This document shows, piece after piece, positions 9,684 through 21,336 of a stretch of DNA of 64,000 bases (position 1 is its first letter; every line of letters begins with the position of its first letter). The notes below the pieces were generated by a model. It did not search any database. It was not told the origin of the DNA and saw nothing but the letters and a program-made list of their open reading frames with translations. The stretch lies in assembly GCA_041393395.1 (NCBI GenBank), contig JAWKKG010000002.1:14151-78150 (forward strand). Direction: 5' to 3'. The stretch comes from a bacterium. Lineage in GTDB: Bacteria > ARS69. The translations under genes and the position numbers were made by a program.

Positions 9684-10241
9684 TTGCCCTGGATCTCGCT
9701 CATCGGCTTCATGTGCTCGGGAAAGTCTTCCACGGGCCGCCTCGTGGCGCGTCAGCTCGGCTGGCCGCACTTCGACACCGACCGCTTGATCGTGGAGCGG
9801 GAGGGGAAGTCCGTCGCCGAGATCTTCCGCGAGCGGGGGGAGGCGTACTTTCGCGACCTGGAGTACCGGATCGTGGAGGAGCTGCCGCCCGAGCGGGACA
9901 TCGTGGTCTCCACCGGCGGCGGCCTCGTGCTCGTGGAGCCGGCGATGGAGATCCTCCGGGTGCAGGGGCCCGTGTTCTGGCTCAGCGTGCAGCCGGAGGA
10001 CGTCCTGGAGCGAAGCCAGCGACCGTGGGCGGCCAAGCGTCCGATGCTGCGGGAGGGCGAGGACCTGCCGGCTCGCGTGGACCGGTTGATGGCCGAGCGC
10101 GAGCCGCTCTATCGTCGGTGGGGCACTCCAGTGCCCGGCGGCTTCGACCATCCGCGCGAGGCCACGCGTCACATTCTCGCGATCCTCTCGAAGCGACAGG
10201 AGTTCCGCCCGTACTTCGGGTTCGGGGAATCGCCGCGATGA
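9684..10241 (+). CDS. aroK: Shikimate kinase
   Basis: P-loop 'LIGFMCSGKSSTGRLVA', DTD motif. Probable TTG start. aroK after pilQ is a conserved arrangement. Confidence 0.85.
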   Translation: MPWISLIGFMCSGKSSTGRLVARQLGWPHFDTDRLIVEREGKSVAEIFRERGEAYFRDLEYRIVEELPPERDIVVSTGGGLVLVEPAMEILRVQGPVFWLSVQPEDVLERSQRPWAAKRPMLREGEDLPARVDRLMAEREPLYRRWGTPVPGGFDHPREATRHILAILSKRQEFRPYFGFGESPR

Positions 10242-10257
10242 ACGGGGTCGCCGGTCG

Positions 10258-10803
10258 GTGCGGGTGATCGCGGGAACGCTGCGCGGCCGCCGCCTGGTCG
10301 CCCCCGCCGGGCAGGCGACTCGTCCGACGAGTGATCGTGCCCGCGAGTCCCTGTTCAATCTGCTGGGTCCGATCCGCGCCGGCACGCGCGTCCTCGATCT
10401 CTACGCGGGTTCCGGCGCGCTCGGCATCGAGGCGCTGAGTCGAGGCGCCGCATTCGCCCAGTTCGTGGAGCGGGCCCGGCCCGCGATCGCCGCGATCCGC
10501 CGGAACGTGGAAGCGCTCGGCCTCTCGGATCGGGCGCTGATCCTCGCCGTCGACGCCCGTTCCGACGCCGCCTTCGACGGCGGTCCCTTCGATCTCGTGC
10601 TCGCGGATCCGCCCTGGGCGGACCGCCGGGACGAGGAGATCGTGGAACGAGCCGACCGAGTGCTCGCGCCGGGCGGGATCCTCGTGCTCGAGCACCCGGC
10701 GGCCCGCCCCGCCCCCGACGCCCCGGCCGGGCGGGAGCTCTGGAAGAGCCGCAAGTACGGAGACACCGCGCTGTCCCTGTACCGTTCGTCCCCCGACGCC
10801 TGA
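10258..10803 (+). CDS. rsmD: 16S rRNA (guanine966-N2)-methyltransferase RsmD
   Basis: 'VLDLYAGSGALGIEALSRGA' SAM-binding motif and 'DPPW' catalytic motif. GTG start. Confidence 0.8.
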   Translation: MRVIAGTLRGRRLVAPAGQATRPTSDRARESLFNLLGPIRAGTRVLDLYAGSGALGIEALSRGAAFAQFVERARPAIAAIRRNVEALGLSDRALILAVDARSDAAFDGGPFDLVLADPPWADRRDEEIVERADRVLAPGGILVLEHPAARPAPDAPAGRELWKSRKYGDTALSLYRSSPDA

Positions 10804-10887
10804 TCGCTCCCGCGCTGGCCCGCCGCGAGGTCCTGCGGTACCGTTGCCGGCCGGCCCGGGACCCGGGACGGAAAGGAGACCTCGATC

Positions 10888-11370
10888 GTGCGCACCGCGC
10901 TTTACCCCGGCACCTTCGACCCCGTGACCCGCGGCCACGTGGACCTCGTGGAGCGCGGCCTTCGCCTGTTCGACCGGATCGTGGTCGGCGTGGCGGACAG
11001 TCGCACCAAGGGCCCGCTTTTCACCACCGAGGAGCGGGTCGGCCTGTTCCGGGAGGCCGTCGACCGTCTGAAGGGAGTCGAGGTCGTCGCGTTCGACAAG
11101 CTCACGGTGCACTTCGCGCGGGACGTGGAGGCGTGCGCGATCATCCGCGGGTTGCGCGCGGTCTCCGACTTCGACTACGAGTTCCAGCTCGCGTGGATGA
11201 ACCGCAAGCTCGACTCGCAGCTCGAAACCGTGTTCCTGTGCCCGAACGAGAACTGGTCCTACCTGAACTCCTCACTCGTGAAGGAGATCGCGCGACTGGA
11301 CGGCGACTTCGAGGAGTTCGTGACACCAAGTGTTGCCCGCGCCCTGCGCCAGCGCTTCGGGAAAGCCTGA
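10888..11370 (+). CDS. coaD: Phosphopantetheine adenylyltransferase
   Basis: 'ALYPGTFDPVTRGHVDLVERG' (T/HxGH motif). Good SD 'ggaaaggag' upstream of the GTG start. rsmD-coaD pairing is conserved. Confidence 0.9.
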   Translation: MRTALYPGTFDPVTRGHVDLVERGLRLFDRIVVGVADSRTKGPLFTTEERVGLFREAVDRLKGVEVVAFDKLTVHFARDVEACAIIRGLRAVSDFDYEFQLAWMNRKLDSQLETVFLCPNENWSYLNSSLVKEIARLDGDFEEFVTPSVARALRQRFGKA

Positions 11371-11753
11371 TGCCGACGTACCGCTACGAGTGTGCGTCGT
11401 GCGATGCGACGCCCGAGTTCTTCCAGTCGATCAACGAGAAACCGAAGCGCAAGTGCCCGGAGTGCGGCGGCAAGCTCACGCGTCTGATCGGCGGCGGCGG
11501 CGGCGTGATCCTCAAGGGAAGCGGCTTCTACACCACGGACTATCGTTCCGACAGCTACCACTCGGCCGCGAAGGCGGATCGCGCGGAACCGGCTCGCTCC
11601 GGGGAGACGTCGAGCGGCGGGGCGGATTCCGGGAAGACGACGGCGGGCGACAAGGCGAGCGGGAGCGGGAAGACGGGTGGCGACGGGAAGACGACCGCCC
11701 GGAAGCCGACGGGTTCCGCCGCGAAGTCGAAGAAGAAGTCGGACTCGAAATAG
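11370..11753 (+). CDS. FmdB-family zinc-ribbon protein with Gly/Ser/Lys-rich tail
   Basis: 'YRYECASCDATPEFFQSINEKPKRKCPECGG' CxxC...CxxC zinc ribbon. ATG overlaps the coaD stop (TGATG). Confidence 0.7.
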   Translation: MPTYRYECASCDATPEFFQSINEKPKRKCPECGGKLTRLIGGGGGVILKGSGFYTTDYRSDSYHSAAKADRAEPARSGETSSGGADSGKTTAGDKASGSGKTGGDGKTTARKPTGSAAKSKKKSDSK

Positions 11754-11805
11754 CCCCCGCGATCCGGCCGGCGCATTGTCGGGCGAGCCACCTCCGGGAG
11801 GCCAC

Positions 11806-12480
11806 TCAGGCGGGCGGCAGCAGCAAGCCGCGCAGCTCGCCGTAGTCCCGCACGATCCGGTCCCCGTTCTCGCTCGGGGTCGAGAAGAACCCGCCCGCGA
11901 ACAGGACGAACGGAACGCCGTGGGCTCGCGCGGCCTCGCGATCGGAGTCGCGGTCGCCGACCATCACGGCCCGCGTCGGGAAGATCCCCGTCTCGCGCAG
12001 GATCGCGCCGACCATGTCGGCCTTGCTGCCGATGCCGGGGGTGTCCACGCAGTACGCCCCGGCGAGAATCGGGTCGAGCTTGAATGCCTGCACGAACCCC
12101 GCGAGGTAACGTCGGCCGCAGTTCGACGCGAGCGCGAGTTGTCGCCCGGCCGAGTGCAGGTCGTCCATCAGCCGGCGTGCGCCCGGATACATCGCCCCGA
12201 CGCCCTCGCCGAACGCGACTTCCTCCAGGTCCTGGGCCTCGCCCTCGATCTCGGACGCGAGCCCGTGCAACTCCTCCGGGAGCACGAACTGCCAGAACCG
12301 GTCCATCGGCAGACCGATCGCGCCCAGGAACTGCACGTCCTCCGGCACCGGGCGGTCGATCCCGTGTCGCGCGAAGACGGTCGCCACGGCGCGCTTGCCG
12401 AGATCGAGCCAGAAGCGATCGGTGGCGAGCAGGGTGCCGTCGATGTCGAAGATGACGAGCTCGGCGTGCGCGAGGTCCAC
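11806..12480 (-). CDS. HAD-superfamily hydrolase (phosphoglycolate phosphatase-like)
   Basis: Motif I 'VIFDIDGTL'. C-terminal 'MVGDRDSDREAARAHGVPFV' motif IV. GTG start. Confidence 0.8.
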   Translation of the reverse strand: MDLAHAELVIFDIDGTLLATDRFWLDLGKRAVATVFARHGIDRPVPEDVQFLGAIGLPMDRFWQFVLPEELHGLASEIEGEAQDLEEVAFGEGVGAMYPGARRLMDDLHSAGRQLALASNCGRRYLAGFVQAFKLDPILAGAYCVDTPGIGSKADMVGAILRETGIFPTRAVMVGDRDSDREAARAHGVPFVLFAGGFFSTPSENGDRIVRDYGELRGLLLPPA

Positions 12481-12563
12481 GTTCCCTCCCGGGATCCGGT
12501 GCGATCGATGACGCGTGGCCGGCGAGTCTCCCCGGGGGCCGCGGGGGCGTCAAGCCGAGCCGA

Positions 12564-14299
<1,736 letters not shown>

Positions 14300-14303
<4 letters not shown>

Positions 14304-15262
14304 CGCGCGATCGACTCGTTCGCCTCGGAATCTCCGTCTCGCGTCTCGCGCCCGTCACCGCCCGGAAGATCCGCGAGCACTACGGCGGATGGGTGGCGGC
14401 GGTCGAGGCGGCGGACCGGGATCGGGACTTCCCCGAATCCTGGCGAGAGACGTTCCGCGGGGCCGAACGCGCGGGACACGTCGCCATCGAGCGGGCCCGG
14501 GCGGCCCACGCGACCGTGTTGTGGCGAGGAGATGCGGAGTGGCCGGACGGTCTCGCCGGTCTCTCGGATCCCCCGGAGGTCCTGTTCGTGCGGGGCGATC
14601 CGCGTTTGCTGCGGGAACCGTCCGTCGCGATCGTGGGAACGCGCGAGTGCACGCCGGAAGGCGCGGACCTCGCCCGTCGACTCGGGGCGCGACTCGCCGA
14701 GGCGGGCCGCTGCGTCGTGTCGGGTCTCGCGCGAGGCATCGACACGGCCGCGCACGTCGGCGCGCTCGAAGGGGAAGGCGACACGATCGCGGTGCTCGGG
14801 GCCGGAGTCGACGTGCCCACGCCGCCCCGCAACGCCGCGCTCCACGAGGAGATCGCGAATCGCGGAGCGCTCGTCTCGGAGTTCGCCCCGGGGACCGAGC
14901 CGCGTCCCCGCCACTTTCCTCGCCGCAACCGGATCCTCGCCGCCCTCGCGCAGGCGATCGTCGTGATCGAGGCGAGGCTCCGTTCCGGCGCGCTCGTCAC
15001 GGCCCGCCACGGACTGGACCAGGGCAAGGAGATCTTCGTCGTGCCGGGATGGCCGGGATCCCCGCTCGCGGCCGGTCCTTTGGCACTGCTCCGGGACGGA
15101 GCCCGCCCGATCCGCGGGGCGGACGATCTGCTCGAGGACCTGTGCGGGCTCGGTGCCTCGCCCCCGTTCGCGATCGTCGCGGAGGGGGAGGACCGCCCCG
15201 TCGACTCTGCCGAGCAGCGAGCCCTGCGTGAGCTGCTCGGACCGGGTGTCCGCCTTGAGTAG
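14300..15262 (+). CDS. dprA: DNA-processing protein DprA (Smf)
   Basis: 'VAIVGTRECTPEGADLARRLGARLAEAGRCVVSGLARGIDTAAHVGALEGEGDTIAVLGAGVD' Rossmann-like DprA core. ATGA overlap with the upstream gene. Confidence 0.85.
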
Positions 15263-16208
15263 TGCGGGCAAGCGCGCGAAGCACGCACTCGAGACCGTGG
15301 GATTCCGTCTCCTCGTGGGGGCGGTCCGTCGCACGCCGAGGGCCTTCGCACTGTCGCTGGGCTCGGCGCTCGGGCGCTTCGCGTTCGAGATCGGGATCCG
15401 CCGTCGGGTGGCGGTGGACAACGTCCTCGCGCGGCTCGCGCCGGCGGGCGGACGTCGCGCGGCCGTCCGCGTCGCGCGTGAGAGCTACTCGGTGATCGCG
15501 CGCACGTTCGTGGATCTGCTCCGGACCGATGTCGAGCCGGACGCCGTGGTCGGTGCGCTCGTGCCGCGCGAGGATCTGGAGCCGATCCTCGCGGTGTGGC
15601 GGCAAGGGAAGGGCGCGATGTTCGTCTCCGGGCACTTCGGCAACTGGGAACTGCTGTTGAATTCGATTCGACGCCTCGGCGTTCCGGTCGGCGCGATGGC
15701 GAAGGACCAGTCGAACGCGGCCGTGAACGAGATGGTGAAGAGCATCCGCGCGCGCGGCGGGATCACCCCGCTCTCGTCGCGTCGCGATCTGCGGGAAGCG
15801 GTTCGCCTGCTGCGCAGCGGCGGGTACGTCGCCACGCTGATGGACCAGGACGCCGGGCGACGCGGCGAGTTCGTGCCGTTCCTGGGAACCCTGGCGTCCA
15901 CGCCGAGCGGCGCGGTGACGATGGCGGTACGGACGGGCGCCCCGCTCGTGCCCGGCGTGCTCGTGGATCTCGGCGGCTCGTATCGCGCCGCGATCGGCGA
16001 ACCGTGGTGGCCCCCCGCCGCCGGGGAGATGGCGGAAGAGGAAGCGGTGCGGGCCGGCGTGGTGCACTACACGCGCTTCCTGGAGGAGCACGTGCGCGCG
16101 CACCCGGAGAACTACTTCTGGGCGCACCGGCGCTGGAAGACGCGACCGATGGATGCGGGCCCGGACGGACGGGCGGGCCGGCCGTCCGGCGCGAAGGCGG
16201 GCTCGTGA
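15246..16208 (+). CDS. Lipid A biosynthesis (Kdo2-lipid IVA) acyltransferase, LpxL/HtrB family
   Basis: 'FVSGHFGNWELL' HX4D-type acyltransferase motif. Family-wide similarity. GTG/TTG start is uncertain. Confidence 0.75.
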   Translation: MSALSSAGKRAKHALETVGFRLLVGAVRRTPRAFALSLGSALGRFAFEIGIRRRVAVDNVLARLAPAGGRRAAVRVARESYSVIARTFVDLLRTDVEPDAVVGALVPREDLEPILAVWRQGKGAMFVSGHFGNWELLLNSIRRLGVPVGAMAKDQSNAAVNEMVKSIRARGGITPLSSRRDLREAVRLLRSGGYVATLMDQDAGRRGEFVPFLGTLASTPSGAVTMAVRTGAPLVPGVLVDLGGSYRAAIGEPWWPPAAGEMAEEEAVRAGVVHYTRFLEEHVRAHPENYFWAHRRWKTRPMDAGPDGRAGRPSGAKAGS

Positions 16209-17182
16209 CGTCGCCCGTCGTCGCCGTCATCGGCACCGTGAACCGCGACGTGATCGTGACGGCCGAGGGAGCGGAGCACACGAGCCTCGGCGGCATCCTC
16301 TACAACGTGCTGCCGCTCGTGGCGCTGCTGGAGGATACCGGCCTGCGCGTCGCGCCGATCGGCCGCCTCGGCGCCGGGGACCGGGACGAAGCGATCGCGC
16401 TGCTCCGCGGTTTCGCGGCGCTGGATCCGAGCGGTCTGATCGTGGATGCGGCGGGCACGAACGTCTCGCACCTCGATTATCGGGGTGGCGGCGAGCGGAT
16501 CGAGCACGTGGCGATGAACGTCGCGTCGCTGGGCGGTGGTGACCTGGTCGCGGCCGCGCCGGCGCAGGCCGTGCTGGTCAACATGATCTCGGGGCGCGAC
16601 GTGTCCCTCGAGGCACTCGAAGCGTTGCGAGCCACGTGCGATGGGACACTCTATCTCGACGTGCAGGCGCTCGCGCGCACGACGGACACGCCGCGTCGCC
16701 CGCGGGCGGAGCCGGAGTGGGTGCGCTGGGCCGCCGTCTTCGACGTCATCCGCGGCAACGAGGATGAGATCGGCTGGATCGCCGGTACGGGGGGAGACGT
16801 CGAGGCGGGGGTTCGCCGATTGCTTCACGCGGGCGCCGGCGAAGTGCTCGTGACGGCGGGATCGCGCGGGGCCTCACGTTTCGTGCTCGAGGGCAGCGAT
16901 GTGCGTCGCGACGTCGTTCCCGCGGTGCCGGTCGCGCGGGTCGCAGACCCCACGGGTTGTGGCGATTCGTTTCTTTCCGCGGTCGTGGCGGGGCGGCTGC
17001 TCGGCCTCGCACCGCTCGACTCGGTGGCGCTCGGTGCTTGGCTCGCCTCCGAGGTGGCAACGCGGACGGGCCTGTCATCGTTGCGGGAGCTGCGAGGTGT
17101 TCGCAAACGGGCGGCCGCTGCCGACCCCCGCTTCGCGACGCTCCTCCGGGCCCGCGAGGGAACCGGCCGGCCCCCCGGGTAG
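16205..17182 (+). CDS. PfkB-family carbohydrate kinase (ribokinase-like)
   Basis: 'VVAVIGTVNRDV' N-terminus. C-terminal 'DPTGCGDSFLSAVVAG' anion-hole motif. GTGA overlap with the acyltransferase stop. Confidence 0.75.
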   Translation: MTSPVVAVIGTVNRDVIVTAEGAEHTSLGGILYNVLPLVALLEDTGLRVAPIGRLGAGDRDEAIALLRGFAALDPSGLIVDAAGTNVSHLDYRGGGERIEHVAMNVASLGGGDLVAAAPAQAVLVNMISGRDVSLEALEALRATCDGTLYLDVQALARTTDTPRRPRAEPEWVRWAAVFDVIRGNEDEIGWIAGTGGDVEAGVRRLLHAGAGEVLVTAGSRGASRFVLEGSDVRRDVVPAVPVARVADPTGCGDSFLSAVVAGRLLGLAPLDSVALGAWLASEVATRTGLSSLRELRGVRKRAAAADPRFATLLRAREGTGRPPG

Positions 17183-17429
17183 GCCCCGCGGTTCCCACCC
17201 CGGTCGGGCCCTCGGCGCGACCCCGCGGATGCAAACGGTCGAAGTCTTGGCCCCAATCGTCGGTCGAGCAACGGCTTGCGGCGGCGCGCCCGGCCCGTCC
17301 CGCGAGAATTGCGGATCCTGGCGGAAGTTGGCACGAACCTTCCATCGGACCCGGGCGCGACCGGGATCGAGCTCTGCAGCCGAGTCTTTCCCGCGATTCC
17401 GGCCGTGGGCCGGCGAGGTTCGTCGGGAG

Positions 17430-18236
17430 TCAGTGAGAGAGGAGCTTCCGGGGGGGAGCCGCTGGCGATCGATCCGAGCTTCGTTCAGGTTCGGGCATCC
17501 GTCCTTCGGGGCGGATGCCCTTTTTCTTGGTGGCCGCTGCCGGAGCGACGTCCTCGGGCGGCTCGGACGGGCCGGCCAGTTCCGTGAGTCGCGCGAGCAC
17601 CGGGCGGGCGGTCGCGTGGTGCCCGGCCCGCCAGGCGGCGCCCGCGGGGCCGGCGAGGGCGGTCTCCGCGAGGGAGGCCTCGAGCATCCGGGATCCGGCC
17701 AGGAACAGGAAGCCGGCACCCCAGACCCGGGGAAGGTCCTCGAGGAGGAGCGGGGCGTGGGCGGCGTCGGCCAGGAAGGTCACGAGAAAGCCGCCGCCGG
17801 CGGCAAGCCAGATCGGCCCCGGAACGTCGCGCCCGCGCGGCGAGCGCGCGAGGGTCCAGAGCGCCGGCCCGGCCACCGCGACGAACACGAGCCACGCGAG
17901 GCGTTCGGCGGCGGGAGAGTGACCGGACAGTGCGGGAAGCACCCGGAAGCGCTCCTCGAACGCCACGAGGGCGAGGATCCACGCGAGTCGTGTTCGCGCG
18001 CCGTGCTCGGCGGGATTCGAGCGTCCGGCAAGACGCTCGGAGCGCGTCACCACCGTCAGCAGCAGCGCGCTCGCGAGCAAGAGACCCGCCGAGACGGTCG
18101 CGTGCGCGTGACCGAACGCCGGACTGCCGGAATCGAGGATCACGTCGCGAACCACGGACTCGCGGCCGACCCACTGCAGGTATCCGAGCACGCCGGAGTA
18201 GACGGCGAGCAGGATCAGAACGGCCTGGCGGATCAA
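17430..18236 (-). CDS. Hypothetical polytopic membrane protein
   Basis: Several predicted hydrophobic helices (e.g. AVLILLAVYSGVLGYL, GLLLASALLLTVV, LAWLVFVAVAGPALW). No family recognised. Only plausible coding frame in an otherwise empty ~1.2-kb interval. Confidence 0.35.
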   Translation of the reverse strand: MIRQAVLILLAVYSGVLGYLQWVGRESVVRDVILDSGSPAFGHAHATVSAGLLLASALLLTVVTRSERLAGRSNPAEHGARTRLAWILALVAFEERFRVLPALSGHSPAAERLAWLVFVAVAGPALWTLARSPRGRDVPGPIWLAAGGGFLVTFLADAAHAPLLLEDLPRVWGAGFLFLAGSRMLEASLAETALAGPAGAAWRAGHHATARPVLARLTELAGPSEPPEDVAPAAATKKKGIRPEGRMPEPERSSDRSPAAPPRKLLSH

Positions 18237-18419
18237 TCCGGTGTCCTCGCGGGTGGGGGCCTCTTCCCGGATCGGAGCGACTCGCTAGGACCTTGAACGC
18301 GTGTTCGTTCGCGACGATCGGTCCTGGTGAGGATTGATCGATCGTGACAACGATCTCGCCGGACTCCGGATCATCGTCTAGACTGGCCGGCCGGAACTTT
18401 GCTCGACTTCGAGGTGCGC

Positions 18420-19598
18420 ATGTTCGTCACCGATCGCGACCGCTTTCTCTCCCTGTGCGAGGCGATTCGCGCCGAGGGCACGTTCGCCTGGGATACCGAG
18501 TTCATCCAGGATCGCACCTACTGGCCGCGACTCTGCCTCGTGCAGGTGGCGACGCGCGGCGAGGTCGCCGCGATCGACCCGTTCGAGGTCGGAGACCTCG
18601 AGCCGCTCTGGGACCTCGTGACGGATCCCGCGGTGCGGGTCGTGCTCCACGCCGGCGCCCAGGATCTCCAGATCGCGTTCGACGCTGCGGAGCGACCGGC
18701 GAGAAACATTTTCGACACCCAGATCGCGGCCGCGTTCCTCGGCTACGGGGACAGCATCAGCTACGCGGGACTGCTGTCCAAGGAGCTCGGCGTGCGGCTC
18801 TCCAAGCGCGAGACGATGACCGACTGGTCCCGTCGGCCGCTCACGGAGGGCCAGCTCGAGTACGCGCTCGACGACGTCCGACACCTGCTCACGCTCTACG
18901 ACCGGCTGAACTCGCGGCTCGAGGAACTCGGCCGCTCGGAGTGGATCCGCGAGGAACTCGCGCCGTACGAGGACCCCGAGAATTTCCGCCGCGATCCGCG
19001 CAACGCCTGGGTACGCCTCTCCAAGCGCAAGTCGCTGGACAAGAAGGCGCTCGCGGTGCTGCGCGAGGTGGCCGCCTGGCGCGAGGAGACCGCGGCCCAG
19101 CGCAACGTGCCGCGGAACCGTGTGCTCGGCGACGAGATGCTCGTGGAGATCGCGAAACGCGCCCCGCGGGAGGTCCAGGGTCTCTCCGCGATTCGCAACC
19201 TGCCGGAGCGCATCGTGGCGCAGGCCGGGAAGGAGATCGTGTCGCGGGTGAAGGAGGGTCTCGCGATCCCGCCGACCGAGCGACCGGAGCCGCCCCCGCT
19301 GCGCTCGGAGGATCCCGCCCGCGCCCGGGTCGTGGACATCATGGATCTGTTCGTCCAGGTGCGGGCGCGAGAAACCGGAGTTGCGCGCAACGTGCTCGCC
19401 ACGCGACTCGATCTCGACCGCGCGGCCGGCCTCCACTACGGCGAGCGCGACGGCCACGACGCACCCCGCGTTCTTCGCGGCTGGCGCGCGAAGCTCGTCG
19501 GCGACGATCTGCGTCGCCTGCTCGAGGGCGGCATCGTACTCGGCGTGGATCCCAAGACCCGCCTGCCGCGCGTGATGGAGGCGGAGGCCGGCGGGTAG
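18420..19598 (+). CDS. rnd: Ribonuclease D
   Basis: DEDDy exonuclease motifs 'FAWDTEFIQDRTYWPRLCLVQV', 'LHAGAQDL', 'YALDDV'. HRDC region. ATG at 18420 preferred over the TTG at 18399. Confidence 0.85.
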   Translation: MFVTDRDRFLSLCEAIRAEGTFAWDTEFIQDRTYWPRLCLVQVATRGEVAAIDPFEVGDLEPLWDLVTDPAVRVVLHAGAQDLQIAFDAAERPARNIFDTQIAAAFLGYGDSISYAGLLSKELGVRLSKRETMTDWSRRPLTEGQLEYALDDVRHLLTLYDRLNSRLEELGRSEWIREELAPYEDPENFRRDPRNAWVRLSKRKSLDKKALAVLREVAAWREETAAQRNVPRNRVLGDEMLVEIAKRAPREVQGLSAIRNLPERIVAQAGKEIVSRVKEGLAIPPTERPEPPPLRSEDPARARVVDIMDLFVQVRARETGVARNVLATRLDLDRAAGLHYGERDGHDAPRVLRGWRAKLVGDDLRRLLEGGIVLGVDPKTRLPRVMEAEAGG

Positions 19599-19623
19599 CC
19601 CGCGCGGCCTCCCACGGCGAGCG

Positions 19624-21336
19624 CTAGACTCCGACTCCCGAGCGCTGCGCGATCTCGATGGCTTCGCGCACGGCCGGCTCGAGATCCGGGAAGAAGTCGT
19701 TCCGCGCTTCCAGCTTTTCGAGATCCGTGATCGCGTCCGCGGCCGGCTCACGTCCCGTGAGCAGTCGCCGTGCCGCATCGGCGCACGTGGCCACGTTTTC
19801 GGCGTGGCGCCGCAGTCGATCGGCCGCGTAGTCCGGCGCTCCGTTCGTCGTGATCAGGAACGCCCAGTCGGAGGCGCCGAGCAACAGGAACTCCCGCAGC
19901 GCGGCGAGCGCGAAGCGGCGCGCGAGATCTTCCTGCCCCGCCGTGCGGCCGAGTAGATCCCACACCTCGGACTCGGCGGCGTCGATCAGCGACCAGGTCC
20001 AGTCGACGCGCGGATTGCGCCAGACCGCGTGGCCGCCGCCCTCGCCCCACGATCCTTCCGGCAGAGCCAGCACGTGCTCCGGCGGAAACTCCTCGTGGTG
20101 ACGACCGAGCGTGGTCAACGCGATGTCCGGATCGCGTGCGAGTCGCGACAACGCGGCCTCGATCCAGGAGACGCCCTCGAACCACCAGTGTCCGAACAGC
20201 TCCGCATCGTACGGGGCGCAGAGGATCGCGCCGTCGCCCGTGTCCGCGAGAGTGGAATGGACGAGGTGGGCGAAATGGTCCGCGTGAGTCGCGACGCGCT
20301 CGAGCGCTTGAGTCGGCGAGTACAGGGACTTCTGCGCGAGGTCGACGCCGGGCCCCGTGATCCGCCAGTAGCGATGCCCGCCCGTGTCCGACTTCTTGTG
20401 GAAATCGAGGTACTCGGGATCGCCGGGATAGCCGTGGTCGCCGCACCACACCTGGATACCCGTGCCGGGGTCGCGCGAGAAGCACGCGCACCGCGAGGGG
20501 TCGCCGCCCGGCGCCGCGACCTGATACGAGTAGCGCGTGTCGCCCTCCGGCCGGATCGGCCGCACGAGGTCTTCCGCGCGCGCGGCGCGGCGCGCGTCGG
20601 CGAGCCGGTGGGTCCGCTCGGGGTACGAGCCGAGCGCGCGGCCCCCCGAGACGAGCGCCGAGTCCACCACGAACCAGCGAATGCCGGCCGCCCCCACGAG
20701 CTCCTCCACTCCCGGGCGCATCCGCGCGGAACCGTCGCGCCCCCACCACGTGCCGCCCGGGCGATACCCGCACTCGGGCAGCCACATCCCCGTGGGCTCG
20801 CTGCCGAATCGACGGACGTGCGTTCGCCGCGCGAGCACCGCCTGGAGCGCGATGGACTCGTCGCGCGCGGTGAGGGGGAAGTAGAAGTGGGTCGCGCCGC
20901 ACGTCGCGAGCTCGATCACTTCCTGATCCGCGAGGCGACGGAGCTCCCCGAGCAGATCCCCGCCCGAGGAATCGAGGAACCGGAGCGCGTCGCGATAGAA
21001 GTCGCGCCAGTAGGCCGCGAGCTCGGTCCGCCCGGGCTCGTCTTCCCACGTCTTGGCGGCGTCTTCTCCCGCCGTGCGCTCGCGATCCTCCAGATAGTCG
21101 CCGAGCATGGCCGTGAACTTCCCGTGCGCGAGCTGCTCCGCGAGAACGGGACTCACGCTCAGCGTGACGCCGCCCCGCACGCCGGAAGCGGAGAGACGAT
21201 CGAGCGCCCGCACCAAGGGAATCCAGGTCTCCACCGCCGCCTCGCACAGCCATTCCGCGCCGTGCGGCCACCGCCCATGACCGAGCACCCAGGGAAGATG
21301 ACCGTGCAGGAAGAACGAAAAGCTCTTACGCGCCAT
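19624..21336 (-). CDS. Glycoside hydrolase family 57 protein (1,4-alpha-glucan branching enzyme-like)
   Basis: N-terminal 'FSFFLHGHLPWV' GH57 signature and DUF1957-type C-terminal region. Confidence 0.85.
   Translation of the reverse strand: MARKSFSFFLHGHLPWVLGHGRWPHGAEWLCEAAVETWIPLVRALDRLSASGVRGGVTLSVSPVLAEQLAHGKFTAMLGDYLEDRERTAGEDAAKTWEDEPGRTELAAYWRDFYRDALRFLDSSGGDLLGELRRLADQEVIELATCGATHFYFPLTARDESIALQAVLARRTHVRRFGSEPTGMWLPECGYRPGGTWWGRDGSARMRPGVEELVGAAGIRWFVVDSALVSGGRALGSYPERTHRLADARRAARAEDLVRPIRPEGDTRYSYQVAAPGGDPSRCACFSRDPGTGIQVWCGDHGYPGDPEYLDFHKKSDTGGHRYWRITGPGVDLAQKSLYSPTQALERVATHADHFAHLVHSTLADTGDGAILCAPYDAELFGHWWFEGVSWIEAALSRLARDPDIALTTLGRHHEEFPPEHVLALPEGSWGEGGGHAVWRNPRVDWTWSLIDAAESEVWDLLGRTAGQEDLARRFALAALREFLLLGASDWAFLITTNGAPDYAADRLRRHAENVATCADAARRLLTGREPAADAITDLEKLEARNDFFPDLEPAVREAIEIAQRSGVGV

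Noticed and set aside
17330-17344. Sigma-54 promoter-like TGGCACG-N4-TTCC
   Set aside because: The critical -12 GC is CC. No plus-strand gene lies downstream. Kept only as a note inside a finding.
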